This document shows, one piece after another, positions 20,042 through 30,751 of a stretch of 64,000 nucleotides of DNA; the stretch's first letter is position 1, and each line of letters opens with the position of its first letter. The notes under the pieces are model-generated. The model was not told where the DNA came from. It was given only the letters and a program-made list of their open reading frames with translations, and searched no databases. This stretch comes from Naegleria gruberi (Eukaryota). The stretch lies in the NCBI GenBank assembly GCA_000004985.1, contig GG738848.1. One strand, given 5' to 3'. Both the position numbers and the translations under genes were made by a program.

Positions 20042-21856
20042 ATGTCAAGACAACTAGTTGAACTTCCCACCGATATTCTTTCCAATATTTTTGTATTTCT
20101 CTGTGATGATCAAGGTGAAAATAATTTAAATTCCATATTTGCACTCCTCCGAACATGTAAAACATTTCGATATGTGATAAGGAATGATAATTATCAATTG
20201 TGGGGATTTTTCACGTTCAATTTTCCGTTTTTCAATAGAAAAATTGTGGATGGAAGATGGATGAGAAAAGTCAGTGATGAGCCACTTGAAGAGGTTAGCT
20301 TGATGATTTATGAAAAGTTTATGAAATTTGTAGAGTTGCTTTGTGGAGATTCGAAAATGGTTGGACGATTGGATGTCACATTGTTTGGCAAGGAAGATTG
20401 TGGATGGTTGGTGAGGAGTATTGAGAGGGATTTTGTAAATTTAAAAACGTTAACAGTGAAAACGAATATCGAAAAAATTATTCAACATGATTTGAGATTT
20501 CCATATTTGCAAGAATTGATATTGCAATGTCGGTGGCCATTGTTAATTTCAAATCATGAATCAACTTTGAGAAGAATAGAAATTTATTATAGTGAAAGTA
20601 TTTCTAGATTGTGTGAAATTTGCAATTTTCCTAAATTACAATCAATTAAGGCTCCTTGTCGTAATCGATTGAAATCAGGAGATTGTGATCCAATTCTTGA
20701 AAAATTGGAATACTACACTGCAAGTTCCATAGATCTGCTTCCTAAACTTGTAGCAGCCAAGAAATTCTCCATTTCTTGTGATTGCCTCATTCTGAAACAA
20801 AATGAACTGATCAAAAACTTGACAATATTGAATATTGAATGTGAAGTAACGGAACTATGTAATATTAATTTTCAAAATTTGAAATATTTTAGCTTCATTG
20901 TGAAGAAGTTTTCAATTGAAAATGTTAAATTTCCAAAATTAACTAATCTTGATGTAAAATTGGATGACTATGAGAAATTATTTGAAATTATACCGTGTCA
21001 TCAGATTTGTGACCTTTCATTTGATGGAAATTCAGCCAAGGTCATTCATCTCAAAGAAGATAAGTGGAAGTCATTGAGGAATATTCAACTTATGTATGTT
21101 CTAGATGGCAGCTCAATTGAGTTTAGTAGCTTGCATTTTGTAACCACAAGTGGAAGTAACGTTATATTTAGAGGTACTAAGAAATCACCTCTCCTCATTG
21201 ACGCTCTATTTGTAACTTCAATTGATGAAATAATTATTGAAGAGAAGGGAGAGTTACTACAAGTTAATTATTTAGTATTAGACTATTCCTATCATTTATA
21301 CACATTGAGAGACAAAATTTCAAAGATTGACGATCTATATATTAGCTATGGGTATTATTACACGGTTAACTCGGACTTCATGGCCATAGACATGATTAGC
21401 ATGTATTCACTCTGTCCTGATATTCGTACAGGCGGAAAGAAATTGAGAAATATGAATATTGAACTGTCTTGCAATTTCACAATTTCACTACATGGATTGC
21501 ACATCCCATATGAACCTACCTATCCTCTGTTGTCGACCCTTACACTGTTGGAGCTCACTGGATGCCTTATTGAGGAATTGGATTTATCTTTATTACCAAA
21601 ACTAGAAAATTTTTCTATTAGCGATTCCACTTTAAATAATTTTATAATAGCAAAATCAGAGAATTGTCATGAATCTCTAAAATATTGCTACATTTACAAG
21701 TTGAATAATATAAGAATCAAATTGCATTTAAACGCTCCTAATTTAAAGGTGTTTATAGTTTGTGATTGTGCGAATTTGAATTCTGATAATTGTGAAATTG
21801 AGTTGGTAAACTCTCCATGTTTAAGCCTGTCCTGTTTACCCAAATTTCTTCTTTAG
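20042..21856 (+). CDS. F-box-like hypothetical protein
   Basis: LPTDILSNIFVFLCDD...LLRTCKTFRYVI is F-box-like. 604 aa, single exon. A8 directly before the ATG. Confidence 0.5.
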   Translation: MSRQLVELPTDILSNIFVFLCDDQGENNLNSIFALLRTCKTFRYVIRNDNYQLWGFFTFNFPFFNRKIVDGRWMRKVSDEPLEEVSLMIYEKFMKFVELLCGDSKMVGRLDVTLFGKEDCGWLVRSIERDFVNLKTLTVKTNIEKIIQHDLRFPYLQELILQCRWPLLISNHESTLRRIEIYYSESISRLCEICNFPKLQSIKAPCRNRLKSGDCDPILEKLEYYTASSIDLLPKLVAAKKFSISCDCLILKQNELIKNLTILNIECEVTELCNINFQNLKYFSFIVKKFSIENVKFPKLTNLDVKLDDYEKLFEIIPCHQICDLSFDGNSAKVIHLKEDKWKSLRNIQLMYVLDGSSIEFSSLHFVTTSGSNVIFRGTKKSPLLIDALFVTSIDEIIIEEKGELLQVNYLVLDYSYHLYTLRDKISKIDDLYISYGYYYTVNSDFMAIDMISMYSLCPDIRTGGKKLRNMNIELSCNFTISLHGLHIPYEPTYPLLSTLTLLELTGCLIEELDLSLLPKLENFSISDSTLNNFIIAKSENCHESLKYCYIYKLNNIRIKLHLNAPNLKVFIVCDCANLNSDNCEIELVNSPCLSLSCLPKFLL

Positions 21857-21913
21857 AGTGAAGAATTTATTTACCTTAATTCAAAACCACATTCCTTAGC
21901 ACCTTAACAAGAA

Positions 21914-21984
21914 GCGTCGATGGTTTAGTGGTAGAATACGGCGTTGCCATCGCCGTGACCCGGGTTCAATTCCCGGTCGACGCA
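21914..21984 (+). tRNA. tRNA-Gly (GCC)
   Basis: GCGTCGA TG GTTTAGTGGTAGAAT A CGGCG TTGCCAT CGCCG TGAC CCGGGTTCAATTCCCGG TCGACGC A. T-run follows. Confidence 0.85.
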
Positions 21985-22214
21985 GCAATTTCTTTTTGAT
22001 TTCATAGTCTTACATTTTCTATTTATCCACTTTTTACCACTGAAACTAGAAATTCATTACTGTCTGTGGTCCAAAAATCACGACTCCAAACACAATACCT
22101 ATCAAGAACGAGCCCACAGTTTTAACTCATTTTTTTTAATTTTTTATTTTTAAAATTCTCCAAATTTATTCTATTACAAAATTTTAAAGAGTTTGGACAA
22201 ACAAAATAATAATT

Positions 22215-23708
22215 TTAATAAAATGTGAAAACTTCAATCTTTTTAACTTCAAAATCAGTTAATTGATCATCAGGTATATTAAATGCACCGTTGTTCATAG
22301 TGGCATACAGATTGTTGGTCGTTGGATTTCTCAATACTGATATTCCACCCAAATCAATAACTTCATCAGCATTTTGCGAATACAGTTTGTGAGGACAAGA
22401 TATTGGATTTTTGATGGTATGTATTTGAAATTCATCAAACAAAATGTCAAATATAAAGTCATACTTGTAATGTTGAGGAGTTCCCTTAGACTTTACGTAG
22501 GCACAAAGAAGAGCTCCATATTTTTTCTCATCGTTTGTTTGAATAATCACAAGTGTTGGATTTTGAGTAAAGAAATAAATGAGAGATTTAGGTGTGGTTA
22601 GAGGAGAAGTTATTGAGCACCCCAAATTCCAAGTACCCGTCTTTAAGAAGGGCATATTCTTCTTGGCAATAAATGATCCCAACACTAATTGTTCCTCTGG
22701 TTCTAAAATAGTACAAAAATCAATAAATAATCCAGGGAGTTGAGAATAGATGGATTGAAGTGAAAGAACGTTGGCTATTTCAGCAAGTCCAAATTTAAAT
22801 GATGCTGGTTTGGATAGAATAGAGCTTGGAACTATTCCAGTATTGATAAAATCCACAATTGGTTTGACATATTCCTCAGGAACTGCATCGAAAATTACTG
22901 GTATTCCTCTCTTATTAACCTTAACTGTAAAGCCCTCTGATGGATCAGCAACTTGTGAGAAGAGTGCAGATCCAGATTCTTTCATTTTTTCAATATTCAA
23001 TGTAACTAGCTTGGAACCTAGCATGCATTGCATATCCTCATCATGCATCTCATTTGATACTTGATGCATTGGAGTATTATCATTACTGCTTGATGCATTG
23101 GCAACAGTTCTAGATGAGGAAGCTGCTTCTTTTTGAGCTCGTCTTGTGGCTTGTTTTTCCAAGGTTGCTTGCTGTTGTTTTTGTAATTTAAGTTTAGCTT
23201 TTTCTTGATTGGTGAGCTTTCTTTCAGGTTGAGAACTCGTTTCATTTGAGATTGGTTCAGATGACACACTTGTCGAGTCACTGTCTGCCACATTTGTAGA
23301 GTTTCCTCCTTCGATCATCACATGATCTGAAACTTCATCCATCATGCTTGTTAATCTTTCATTAGGTTTCGCCTTCTTTTGTTTGTTTCCTTGAAGATTT
23401 GCACTCTTACGAGAACCTTTTGATACAACAGAAACCTTCTCAAAATTATGATTATCCAAATCCACATCCACAATCAATAATTCCAATCCGAAATATTCAG
23501 CAACACATTTCAATCCCAATTTTGAATGATTCATATCGGAAATGTATTTTCCATAAACAATCCAATATGATAATACCTGTAAAACATCTTTGGAACAATT
23601 TATAAAGTATTCATCTCTTTCCAGGGCATTCCAAAAATCTGGATGAGAGTCTGTCTTCCTTCTGATGGTTAATTCACCATCAAAACATTTGATCAAGTGG
23701 AGAGACAT
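22215..23708 (-). CDS. BTB/T1-like plus TLDc domain protein
   Basis: The C-terminal PTLVIIQTNDEKKYGALLCAYVK...YDFIFDI...EVKKIEVFTF fits the TLDc (TBC/LysM-associated) fold. The N-terminal LHLIKCFDGELTIRRKT...DEYFINCSKDVLQVLSYWIVYGK is BTB/T1-like. ATG 23708 (A7 context) is preferred over 23801. Confidence 0.55.
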   Translation of the reverse strand: MSLHLIKCFDGELTIRRKTDSHPDFWNALERDEYFINCSKDVLQVLSYWIVYGKYISDMNHSKLGLKCVAEYFGLELLIVDVDLDNHNFEKVSVVSKGSRKSANLQGNKQKKAKPNERLTSMMDEVSDHVMIEGGNSTNVADSDSTSVSSEPISNETSSQPERKLTNQEKAKLKLQKQQQATLEKQATRRAQKEAASSSRTVANASSSNDNTPMHQVSNEMHDEDMQCMLGSKLVTLNIEKMKESGSALFSQVADPSEGFTVKVNKRGIPVIFDAVPEEYVKPIVDFINTGIVPSSILSKPASFKFGLAEIANVLSLQSIYSQLPGLFIDFCTILEPEEQLVLGSFIAKKNMPFLKTGTWNLGCSITSPLTTPKSLIYFFTQNPTLVIIQTNDEKKYGALLCAYVKSKGTPQHYKYDFIFDILFDEFQIHTIKNPISCPHKLYSQNADEVIDLGGISVLRNPTTNNLYATMNNGAFNIPDDQLTDFEVKKIEVFTFY

Positions 23709-23868
23709 TTTTTTTAATGAGATTGATTGTAAATTTGTTGCCGTAATCCATAAATAAAGAATTGAATCATATGCAAGGTTCACCAGGAAACATAGGTGCA
23801 ACCATCTAAAATATCTGGTTGCAGAAATATTAAGGTAATATTGAGAATATTTTCATTCTGAATAAGAT

Positions 23869-23940
23869 TCCCGTGTAGTCCAATGGCTAGGATACCTGGC
23901 TTTCACCCAGGAGGTCCGGGTTCAATTCCCGGCATGGGAG
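23869..23940 (+). tRNA. tRNA-Glu (TTC)
   Basis: TCCCGTG TA GTCCAATGGCTAGGAT A CCTGG CTTTCAC CCAGG AGGT CCGGGTTCAATTCCCGG CATGGGA G. It lies 68 bp upstream of the start codon of the 22215..23708 gene. Confidence 0.85.
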
Positions 23941-24054
23941 AATAGTTTTGTTTTAATTTTCAATATCAGGAAAAGATAAAATGGTTTTTTTATTGGATTG
24001 TTCAACAACATTCACTAAGCCACATAAATTTCAACAAAATGACCAGGTCAAAAA

Positions 24055-24172
24055 GACTACAGCACCACAGGTTCCCAAGTTGTCTCCAACCTCAGTACTG
24101 ATGTGGCTCTACGATGCTTAACTTCTCAAATCGGACGGGATGAGGTGCATTCATAGTGATATGGCCGTAGCC
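24055..24172 (-). rRNA. 5S ribosomal RNA gene (chromosomal copy)
   Basis: Reverse complement reads GGCTACGGCCATATCACTATGAATGCACCTCATCCCGTCCGATTTGAGAAGTTAAGCATCGTAGAGCCACATCAGTACTGAGGTTGGAGACAACTTGGGAACCTGTGGTGCTGTAGTC, followed by TTTTT. Helix I (GGCTACGGC/GCTGTAGTC), loop C (CCCGTCCGATTTG), GAAGTTAAGC and AGTACT...GGAGAC...TGGGAA are all conserved. About 118 nt. Confidence 0.8.
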
Positions 24173-25512
24173 ATCCACTATCTTATAGTTATGATTAATA
24201 AGCGATTTCTTTTACAGTAACGTTGGAGGTACTCACATAAAGTCAATTCATTTGAAAATAAATCAACAATTTCAATTTTCCTTACAAACTTTTCAATTTA
24301 TTCTACTGCAACTTGGTTGTGAGTACGAACCACTTGTAAATTATTCAAAGCGAGTTTAATGAAAATTGTTTGTTATCAAGGAACAGACACACAACAATCC
24401 CAATATGAGATTCATTTCCACCAATGTCACATAATGAACCTCAACAATATGCACTCATCAGAACATATCTCTAATAAACAAGTTGACTGTGAACAACAAC
24501 ATGACCTCACTCAATTATAATTTAATTAAAAAAGCAAAATTCTACTCAATTTGAAAGAAATACAAAAGAACTAATAGATGAAGAGATTCTTTGAAGAATC
24601 TTTGAAATGTAGATTGTAGATAAAGAGGTGACCTGATGGAGGTTTGCTTTCTATTCTCAGAAGACATACTCAAATATCATAATTGGGATGCAGAACTCTT
24701 ATAGGAAGTATGATAATCTTCATAGTAATCGTTCCTGAGAAGTGTTCTTCATCAATTCTTTCATTCAAAATTTTAGCATTATCTCGTCTATCAAAAGAAA
24801 TGTTAGATCCTAAATAATGCCAGACATTTGACACTGTTAAATATTTTGTAAAGTATTTTTAGAATTGATAACAAAGACGGGTGATACAACTTTCAAATTA
24901 CAATTTTATTTCCAATTATCATTGCCTACAACCCTTCCTTTTCCACTCCATTTTACTTTTTCCAATAAATACTCAACAACCTGACCATGAATCACTACCA
25001 CTCAAAAACACAAACATAAAAAAAAGCCAAAGCCTTTTGTGCAGCAGCGCCGATAGGAAACACCACACTGAGAATCTTAATAGACATCAACGAGTATCAT
25101 CTCCACCTTGTTATTGTTCATCTCTTGCCAGACAACCATCATCAGCCACTCACCCTTTATTAATTAATTTGATTATTATCCATTTCAGATCAAGGACAAC
25201 CATTGAGTGGAGAACAAATACATCAGCAACAGCACAACACAAATATTGTTCATTGCAGCATTGAGAACTTTGCTTTCATCTAAATTTAAAAACAAATAAC
25301 TGAAAAGCAATAACTGAAAGAGAATCCAGTATTCATCATCAACAACAATACACCAGTGAACACGACGATAGTAGTAGTTAGAAAACAAACTCATTGAAAA
25401 AACAAAACTCATTCTCTTCAATATTAGTAGTATTAATTATAGTAGTATCAAACTCTTCTTGGCCATCTCAAACATTATATTCAATCCAATCAAATAGTAA
25501 CACTTCAACAAC

Positions 25513-25890
25513 ATGTCTAGTAATATTACCATGCATCCACTCCTCAATGATATGTCCAGATCAAGATCAAGATCCTCACCTGCTACAATGATTGGAAATA
25601 GACAATCTCTCTCAAATATTGATAGCACAACAGCCACAACTCCATTCTCCTATCATAAGGATCTTCAAAAGACACCTTCCGTACTCTCTGATTTGATTCA
25701 AAACCAAACCGTTGATGGTAAGAAGGAATTGGATTTTCCAACTCTCTTCTTAATGAAGAAGATGAAACAAAAGGTTGAACAAGTTGGTTTGTCTCCAAGA
25801 AATAGAAGCCAAAGTTTAATCACCATGATGAAACATTCAGGCCAACCAATGCTCTCCTCTGGTGGTAGTAATGAAGATCATTCTCGATAA
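25513..25890 (+). CDS. Small S/T-rich hypothetical protein (125 aa)
   Basis: ATG-initiated ORF after about 1.3 kb of ORF-free A/C-rich sequence. SRSRSRSS tract. Its PTLFLMKKMKQK resembles the DFLMKRLQK segment of ENSA/ARPP-19, but the FDSGDY core is absent, so no family is assigned. Confidence 0.3.
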   Translation: MSSNITMHPLLNDMSRSRSRSSPATMIGNRQSLSNIDSTTATTPFSYHKDLQKTPSVLSDLIQNQTVDGKKELDFPTLFLMKKMKQKVEQVGLSPRNRSQSLITMMKHSGQPMLSSGGSNEDHSR

Positions 25891-26424
25891 ATGTACTACA
25901 CAATTTATCAGATTTTCAAGAGTGTTTTGATAGGATATTGAGAATCTGGATAGTGTCTCTCTATCCTTTCAAAATGACTGCACACACCAATTATAACATT
26001 TAATACCGAGTCAATACATACGAGCAACAAACCTTCTAACCTGTTAATAGGGCACAAACATATTCGATGCCTTTTGTACATTAGCTGAATCTTTCGATTC
26101 TTGTATTATTATTTCTCAAATCTTCTAACTGTGTAAAATAAACGTAATATCAAACCGGTTTAGGGACTTTTGTAATTGAATCATTCCAATATAAGACACT
26201 TTAACGAAAATTGAGTCAACCTCCACCACTTATTCACCACTCAATTTTCGAGATAGGCTAATTTTAAAAATGCACGAGGCTGTTATCCTTTCTGGAACTG
26301 CTCTATTTAAAGAATAGTACCACTCCTATTTGTTATGGAAAAATCAATCCATATTGCTCCATCCAGGGTATATTGTCATTGTATCCGCATTGGACCACTT
26401 CACTTCTCATTAGCAACGTAATAA

Positions 26425-26500
26425 TTGAATGATTTGGAGATTTCAATGAATCGTATATTCACATCTACATGATTTATTCAAAAATCTCCAAATCATTCAA
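26425..26500. repeat. Perfect 19-bp inverted repeat (hairpin with 38-nt loop), about 200 bp upstream of the histidine-kinase ATG
   Basis: TTGAATGATTTGGAGATTT (about 26425-26443) and its exact reverse complement AAATCTCCAAATCATTCAA (about 26482-26500). Positions +/-1. Confidence 0.6.
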
Positions 26501-26703
26501 TTTCCTTGTTCGATTCATTTCAACCAAAGTTGAACACATCTCTCAAGAATCTTTTAAGATTTTTGCTTGAATTCCTTATTGCTTATTTTCTTCCTTAAAC
26601 AAGTCGTTGAGAAGTGTTTGGCGCTTTGTCCATAAGCACTTTTTTAGCAACCGGTCCGATCCTACAAGCGCGAAATGATTAACACGACAAGAAGAATAAA
26701 AAA

Positions 26704-28812
26704 ATGACTCAACATCACTGTGATTCTGTACTATCCACATCGTCACCCATATCATCCTCATTCTCTTCTGTGGAGTCTCTTGCCGGCAAGGAATTGGAAA
26801 ATCATTCTTCCTCCAGTGTTGGTGTTGGTGCCGAATCAGATATTCAATATAATAATAACCAACAAGTACAACATGAATCATTGTCTAATAACATGCATCC
26901 AAATCATCATCATAATACCACAACTACCACTAGTAATGTCGACGAGCCAATACATAGACCATCACTGAGGAAAAATAGTACAACGGACGAATTTTTTCTA
27001 CCACTTTCATATATTCACTTTTCAGGTTCTTCGAGTATACCTGATTATTGGAAACCATTCATGTCATTACAAAGCTTTTTATTGGTGGGAATTGTTTATT
27101 TTGCTTACTTTTTGAATATATTATACTGTTTTCATAGTGGTGGAATGACTAATGGACTGTTGATGTTGCTGGTGAATGCATCAACAGTGGGTGTTAATTT
27201 TTATTGGTTTTTCTATACTGTGAATCCAAATGTGAAAGTTTTGATTTTCAATTTATTAATGTTTACATGCAGATTTTCACTAGTTCATAACAAAATGATG
27301 GTTCTGCCCAGTGTCTTTTCAACAATAACTACAACTTCAAAGGGAAGTTTAAATAGTCCTTTTAAAGCATTCTTTCCAATAGTATACACATGTGCTCATT
27401 ATTTTATTTGGGGTATGGCAAAGTATGAATTTAACTTGATGGACATGGATTCACTGTTAGAGTTTTTATTTCATTATGGAACTTTGATAATTTCCGCATT
27501 GCTTTTTGGAATTTATAATTTATACTTGATGATTCAGTTATCATCAGAGTGTAAGGCAATGAAGGAGGCAACTAGAAAAATTCAAACAGCACTCGATGTT
27601 AAATCAGATTTCCTCAGTCACATCACTCACGAGTTTAGAGTCCCTTGTTTATCAAGTTTGGGTTCGATATCACTGCTTAAGGAAACTGAATTGGCACCAC
27701 AACAATTGGATTTCATTGCCACTATAGAATCTGCCAACAACATTTTGTTATCACTTATTGAGGACATTTTACTTTTTGCCAAGACAGAACATGATGTAAA
27801 TCATCCACCTAAGGAAACCAGCTACATATCTTTCAGCTTGTTCAACTCCATCAATTCACTCTACTCTCTCACAAAGGGCTATGCCACCAACTTTAAAGTG
27901 GATGTGAAATTTTACATTGATAAGAATATTCAAAATATGAAAGTTTTCTTCAATCACACCAAATTGCAGCAGTGCCTATCCAATCTTCTCACAAATGCCA
28001 TCAAGGCCTCAAAACCAAACGATACAGTGCAATTAAAATGTGAAATCCTAGGCAATGGCCAAAATGAGGGAGAAACCATTTTCCAATTCCAAGTTATTGA
28101 TCATGGAATTGGTATTCCTAAAGAAAGACAAAAAGATTTATTCGTTCCATTTGCTCAATTGCATCAAATCAATGAAGATTTGGTTCCTAGCTCTGGACTC
28201 GGATTGGTAACATGTCTCAATATTGTAAAATCCGTGAATGGAACAATTGATCTATTTTCTGAGAATGGAACAACAATATTTACTGTACAAATTCCAATGA
28301 AAGCTAGCAATATCGAACAAGAAGATATACTTAACTTTTTTGAAGAACCATCCAAACTGAATACTTCTCTCAAGAGACAACTACAAGTTCACACAGATTA
28401 TCTGTACAGAATGGAACAAGATAAGAAAATTTTAACAAACAGAGAATCTAATCCTAATAGCTCCTTACCAAAAATTATCCTAGCAGAAGACAATTTTGTC
28501 AACAGAAAAGTCCTCATTAAATTATTCGAAAGTTTGGGGCAGAGTTTAGATTCTGTGCGAGATGGAAAGGAATTAGTTGATTCATTCAAACCTGAACAAC
28601 ACAAATTAATTATCACCGATATGCACATGCCTATCCTTAATGGTTTAGAAGCATCCAAAGTTATCAGAGAAAAACATCCCAATTCAAAAATTGTAATGAT
28701 TACAGCTGATGCTCTAATTAATATTTCTTCCTATTTGGAAGTTGTTGATAAAGTTATCAGCAAACCTTGCAGCAAGGATGATTTGAAGAAAGTAATTAGT
28801 GAGTATCTCTAA
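26704..28812 (+). CDS. Hybrid sensor histidine kinase (multi-TM N-terminus, HisKA, HATPase_c, receiver)
   Basis: N-terminal hydrophobic segments (FLLVGIVYFAYFLNILY, LLMLLVNASTVGVNFYWFFY, ...). H-box SDFLSHITHEFRVP. N/G boxes LLTNAIKAS...IDHGIGIP...SGLGLVTCLNIV. Receiver ILAEDNFVNRKV...ITDMHMPILNG...K. 702 aa, single exon. Confidence 0.85.
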   Translation: MTQHHCDSVLSTSSPISSSFSSVESLAGKELENHSSSSVGVGAESDIQYNNNQQVQHESLSNNMHPNHHHNTTTTTSNVDEPIHRPSLRKNSTTDEFFLPLSYIHFSGSSSIPDYWKPFMSLQSFLLVGIVYFAYFLNILYCFHSGGMTNGLLMLLVNASTVGVNFYWFFYTVNPNVKVLIFNLLMFTCRFSLVHNKMMVLPSVFSTITTTSKGSLNSPFKAFFPIVYTCAHYFIWGMAKYEFNLMDMDSLLEFLFHYGTLIISALLFGIYNLYLMIQLSSECKAMKEATRKIQTALDVKSDFLSHITHEFRVPCLSSLGSISLLKETELAPQQLDFIATIESANNILLSLIEDILLFAKTEHDVNHPPKETSYISFSLFNSINSLYSLTKGYATNFKVDVKFYIDKNIQNMKVFFNHTKLQQCLSNLLTNAIKASKPNDTVQLKCEILGNGQNEGETIFQFQVIDHGIGIPKERQKDLFVPFAQLHQINEDLVPSSGLGLVTCLNIVKSVNGTIDLFSENGTTIFTVQIPMKASNIEQEDILNFFEEPSKLNTSLKRQLQVHTDYLYRMEQDKKILTNRESNPNSSLPKIILAEDNFVNRKVLIKLFESLGQSLDSVRDGKELVDSFKPEQHKLIITDMHMPILNGLEASKVIREKHPNSKIVMITADALINISSYLEVVDKVISKPCSKDDLKKVISEYL

Positions 28813-28896
28813 TAAAACAATCATCTTAACAGAACAAAAGATTCCACAACTATCTATTCACAAGAAATTTTTTCTAGTTAAACGAAGGCTAAACAT

Positions 28897-30411
28897 TTAT
28901 TTACAAGTAAAAGTTAAATCTGAAAAGTTTCCCTGTTCCATACCTTGCCTTAAGGATTTGAAAAATGATAACAAATCCAAAGACATTTCCATTTTTAAAA
29001 CACAACCAAAATCAAATCGATTTGGATATAAATGCAATTTTCCAAATATTCTTTCATCTAATGAGAGTAAAATTTCAACCTGTTGTTTAACTTGATCAAT
29101 AAATCTTTCCTGCGCTAAATATTTTTTAACCCAATTTGGTCTATAGCCAGTTGTATCTATTTTTCTTTTTCCAACTACATGTACCTTTCTATCTTTTGTA
29201 ATAACAAGCAAATATAATTGACCAAGACTAAATAATTGATCAATTTCGCCATCTAATGGATAAATATCACCAACTGAAATAATTTCAGTACCATTTTCAT
29301 CAAAATATTTTCCACACATCAATAATTTCTTATCTTTTGTTAAAAAAATACATCTTTCATCATATCCAATTGGATAAACGTGTTGAATTTCATATTTCTC
29401 ATCAATTAAATCACATTTACATGCTGGATATGAATGAAATTGGCCAACGTCTGATGCAATATAATCATATATTTCCTGCTTTGTTTTACCTTCTGAACAT
29501 CCAAGAACATAATTGGAATTCACACCTGATGCATATAATGCACCACTTTCAGTAATGAAATGGGTTTTATATGGACCTGGCATTACCTTTTTAATAGGTA
29601 AAGAATCAAATGAAATATCTGATAAAAATTCAATGATATTATCATCTTCACCATCTAAATTTAATTGACGATATGTATTATATCCATATCCATAAACTTT
29701 ACCACTTTTAGTTGTAAATACAGAATGTCCATTACAATCAAAATCAACTATTTCATCATTAAAATTATCAATATATTTAACTTTCTTTTCAACAAGTAAT
29801 ACATTGTAATGTGTATCATCAAATATTAAATGTTCCAATATATTATTATTAATACTAATTACTGAACCAGTAATATCCCAAATCGAATTCAAATTAGTTT
29901 TCATTAAAGTACCACTTGTATCAATTTTGATAACATGTTCATTCTTTCTAAATTGGAATGGTAATAATTTCAAATATTCATTCTGAATTCCAATAAAATC
30001 TTTCGAATCATTGAATAAATCATGACCAATTATTTTTTTAGCTTGTTCAGCAGGCCTGATAAATTTACTTGCATTTTCCATTTTAGAATAATTTAAATAA
30101 TATAAATAGTTAATACCATAAATGTCAATTAAAAATACTGCCAGATATGAACAATGCTGTGAATGCTCTATTTGTTTAATATTAAACAAATTTGATTCCG
30201 AATTAAATTTCAACATTCTAAATTCACCACCAACAAAGTCCTCCTCCTCATCAATATCCAAATTATAATACAAACACAATTGTTTACTATTTTGATGATC
30301 GGATAATTTAGTATTGGACATTATATCACAAAAATTAAATACTCCTTCAATGATGGTTGCACCATTTGATGTTGATGCAGTGGAATGATCATTGACATGA
30401 TGTTGAGACAT
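28897..30411 (-). CDS. RCC1-like beta-propeller repeat hypothetical protein
   Basis: Repeated GxVYGYGYNTYRQL and GALYASGVNSNYVLG blocks resemble RCC1/BLIP repeats. 504 aa. A-run before the ATG. Confidence 0.45.
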   Translation of the reverse strand: MSQHHVNDHSTASTSNGATIIEGVFNFCDIMSNTKLSDHQNSKQLCLYYNLDIDEEEDFVGGEFRMLKFNSESNLFNIKQIEHSQHCSYLAVFLIDIYGINYLYYLNYSKMENASKFIRPAEQAKKIIGHDLFNDSKDFIGIQNEYLKLLPFQFRKNEHVIKIDTSGTLMKTNLNSIWDITGSVISINNNILEHLIFDDTHYNVLLVEKKVKYIDNFNDEIVDFDCNGHSVFTTKSGKVYGYGYNTYRQLNLDGEDDNIIEFLSDISFDSLPIKKVMPGPYKTHFITESGALYASGVNSNYVLGCSEGKTKQEIYDYIASDVGQFHSYPACKCDLIDEKYEIQHVYPIGYDERCIFLTKDKKLLMCGKYFDENGTEIISVGDIYPLDGEIDQLFSLGQLYLLVITKDRKVHVVGKRKIDTTGYRPNWVKKYLAQERFIDQVKQQVEILLSLDERIFGKLHLYPNRFDFGCVLKMEMSLDLLSFFKSLRQGMEQGNFSDLTFTCK

Positions 30412-30751
30412 TTTTTTTGCTTGGTTGTGAGAAGTTGATTGTAATGTTGAAAAATCTTTTCTTATTCATGGATGTGGTGTTACATTGGAGATGGTGAAAA
30501 AGCGAATCAATAATGATGATATTCTTGAAGGAGGTCTTCAAAAATTCATTGTAAACATTAGCAAGGTTACATTTTGAAACAGAACACAATTATCTCAACA
30601 AGAAGATGAAATTTTTAATCTATTTTTCTAATGATTATGAACACAAAGGGAAATGATTCATAATATTGTTGAATTCAACATCTATATGATTCAGAATTAT
30701 TAATAGTTCTTAATGAGAGACTATTTTTTAATGGTTAATGTTACAAAAAAA

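Noticed and set aside
24881-25264. Track ORF 24881..25264 (+) in the A/C-rich gap
   Set aside because: It is low-complexity and proline/serine/histidine-rich from codon drift in an A/C-rich tract. It has no start context and no similarity. It is treated as non-coding; see the finding on the 1.3-kb gap.
25513-25890. Possible ENSA/ARPP-19 homology of the small ORF
   Set aside because: Only a short LFLMKKMKQK resemblance to DFLMKRLQK was seen. The diagnostic FDSGDY Greatwall site is missing, so no family call was made.
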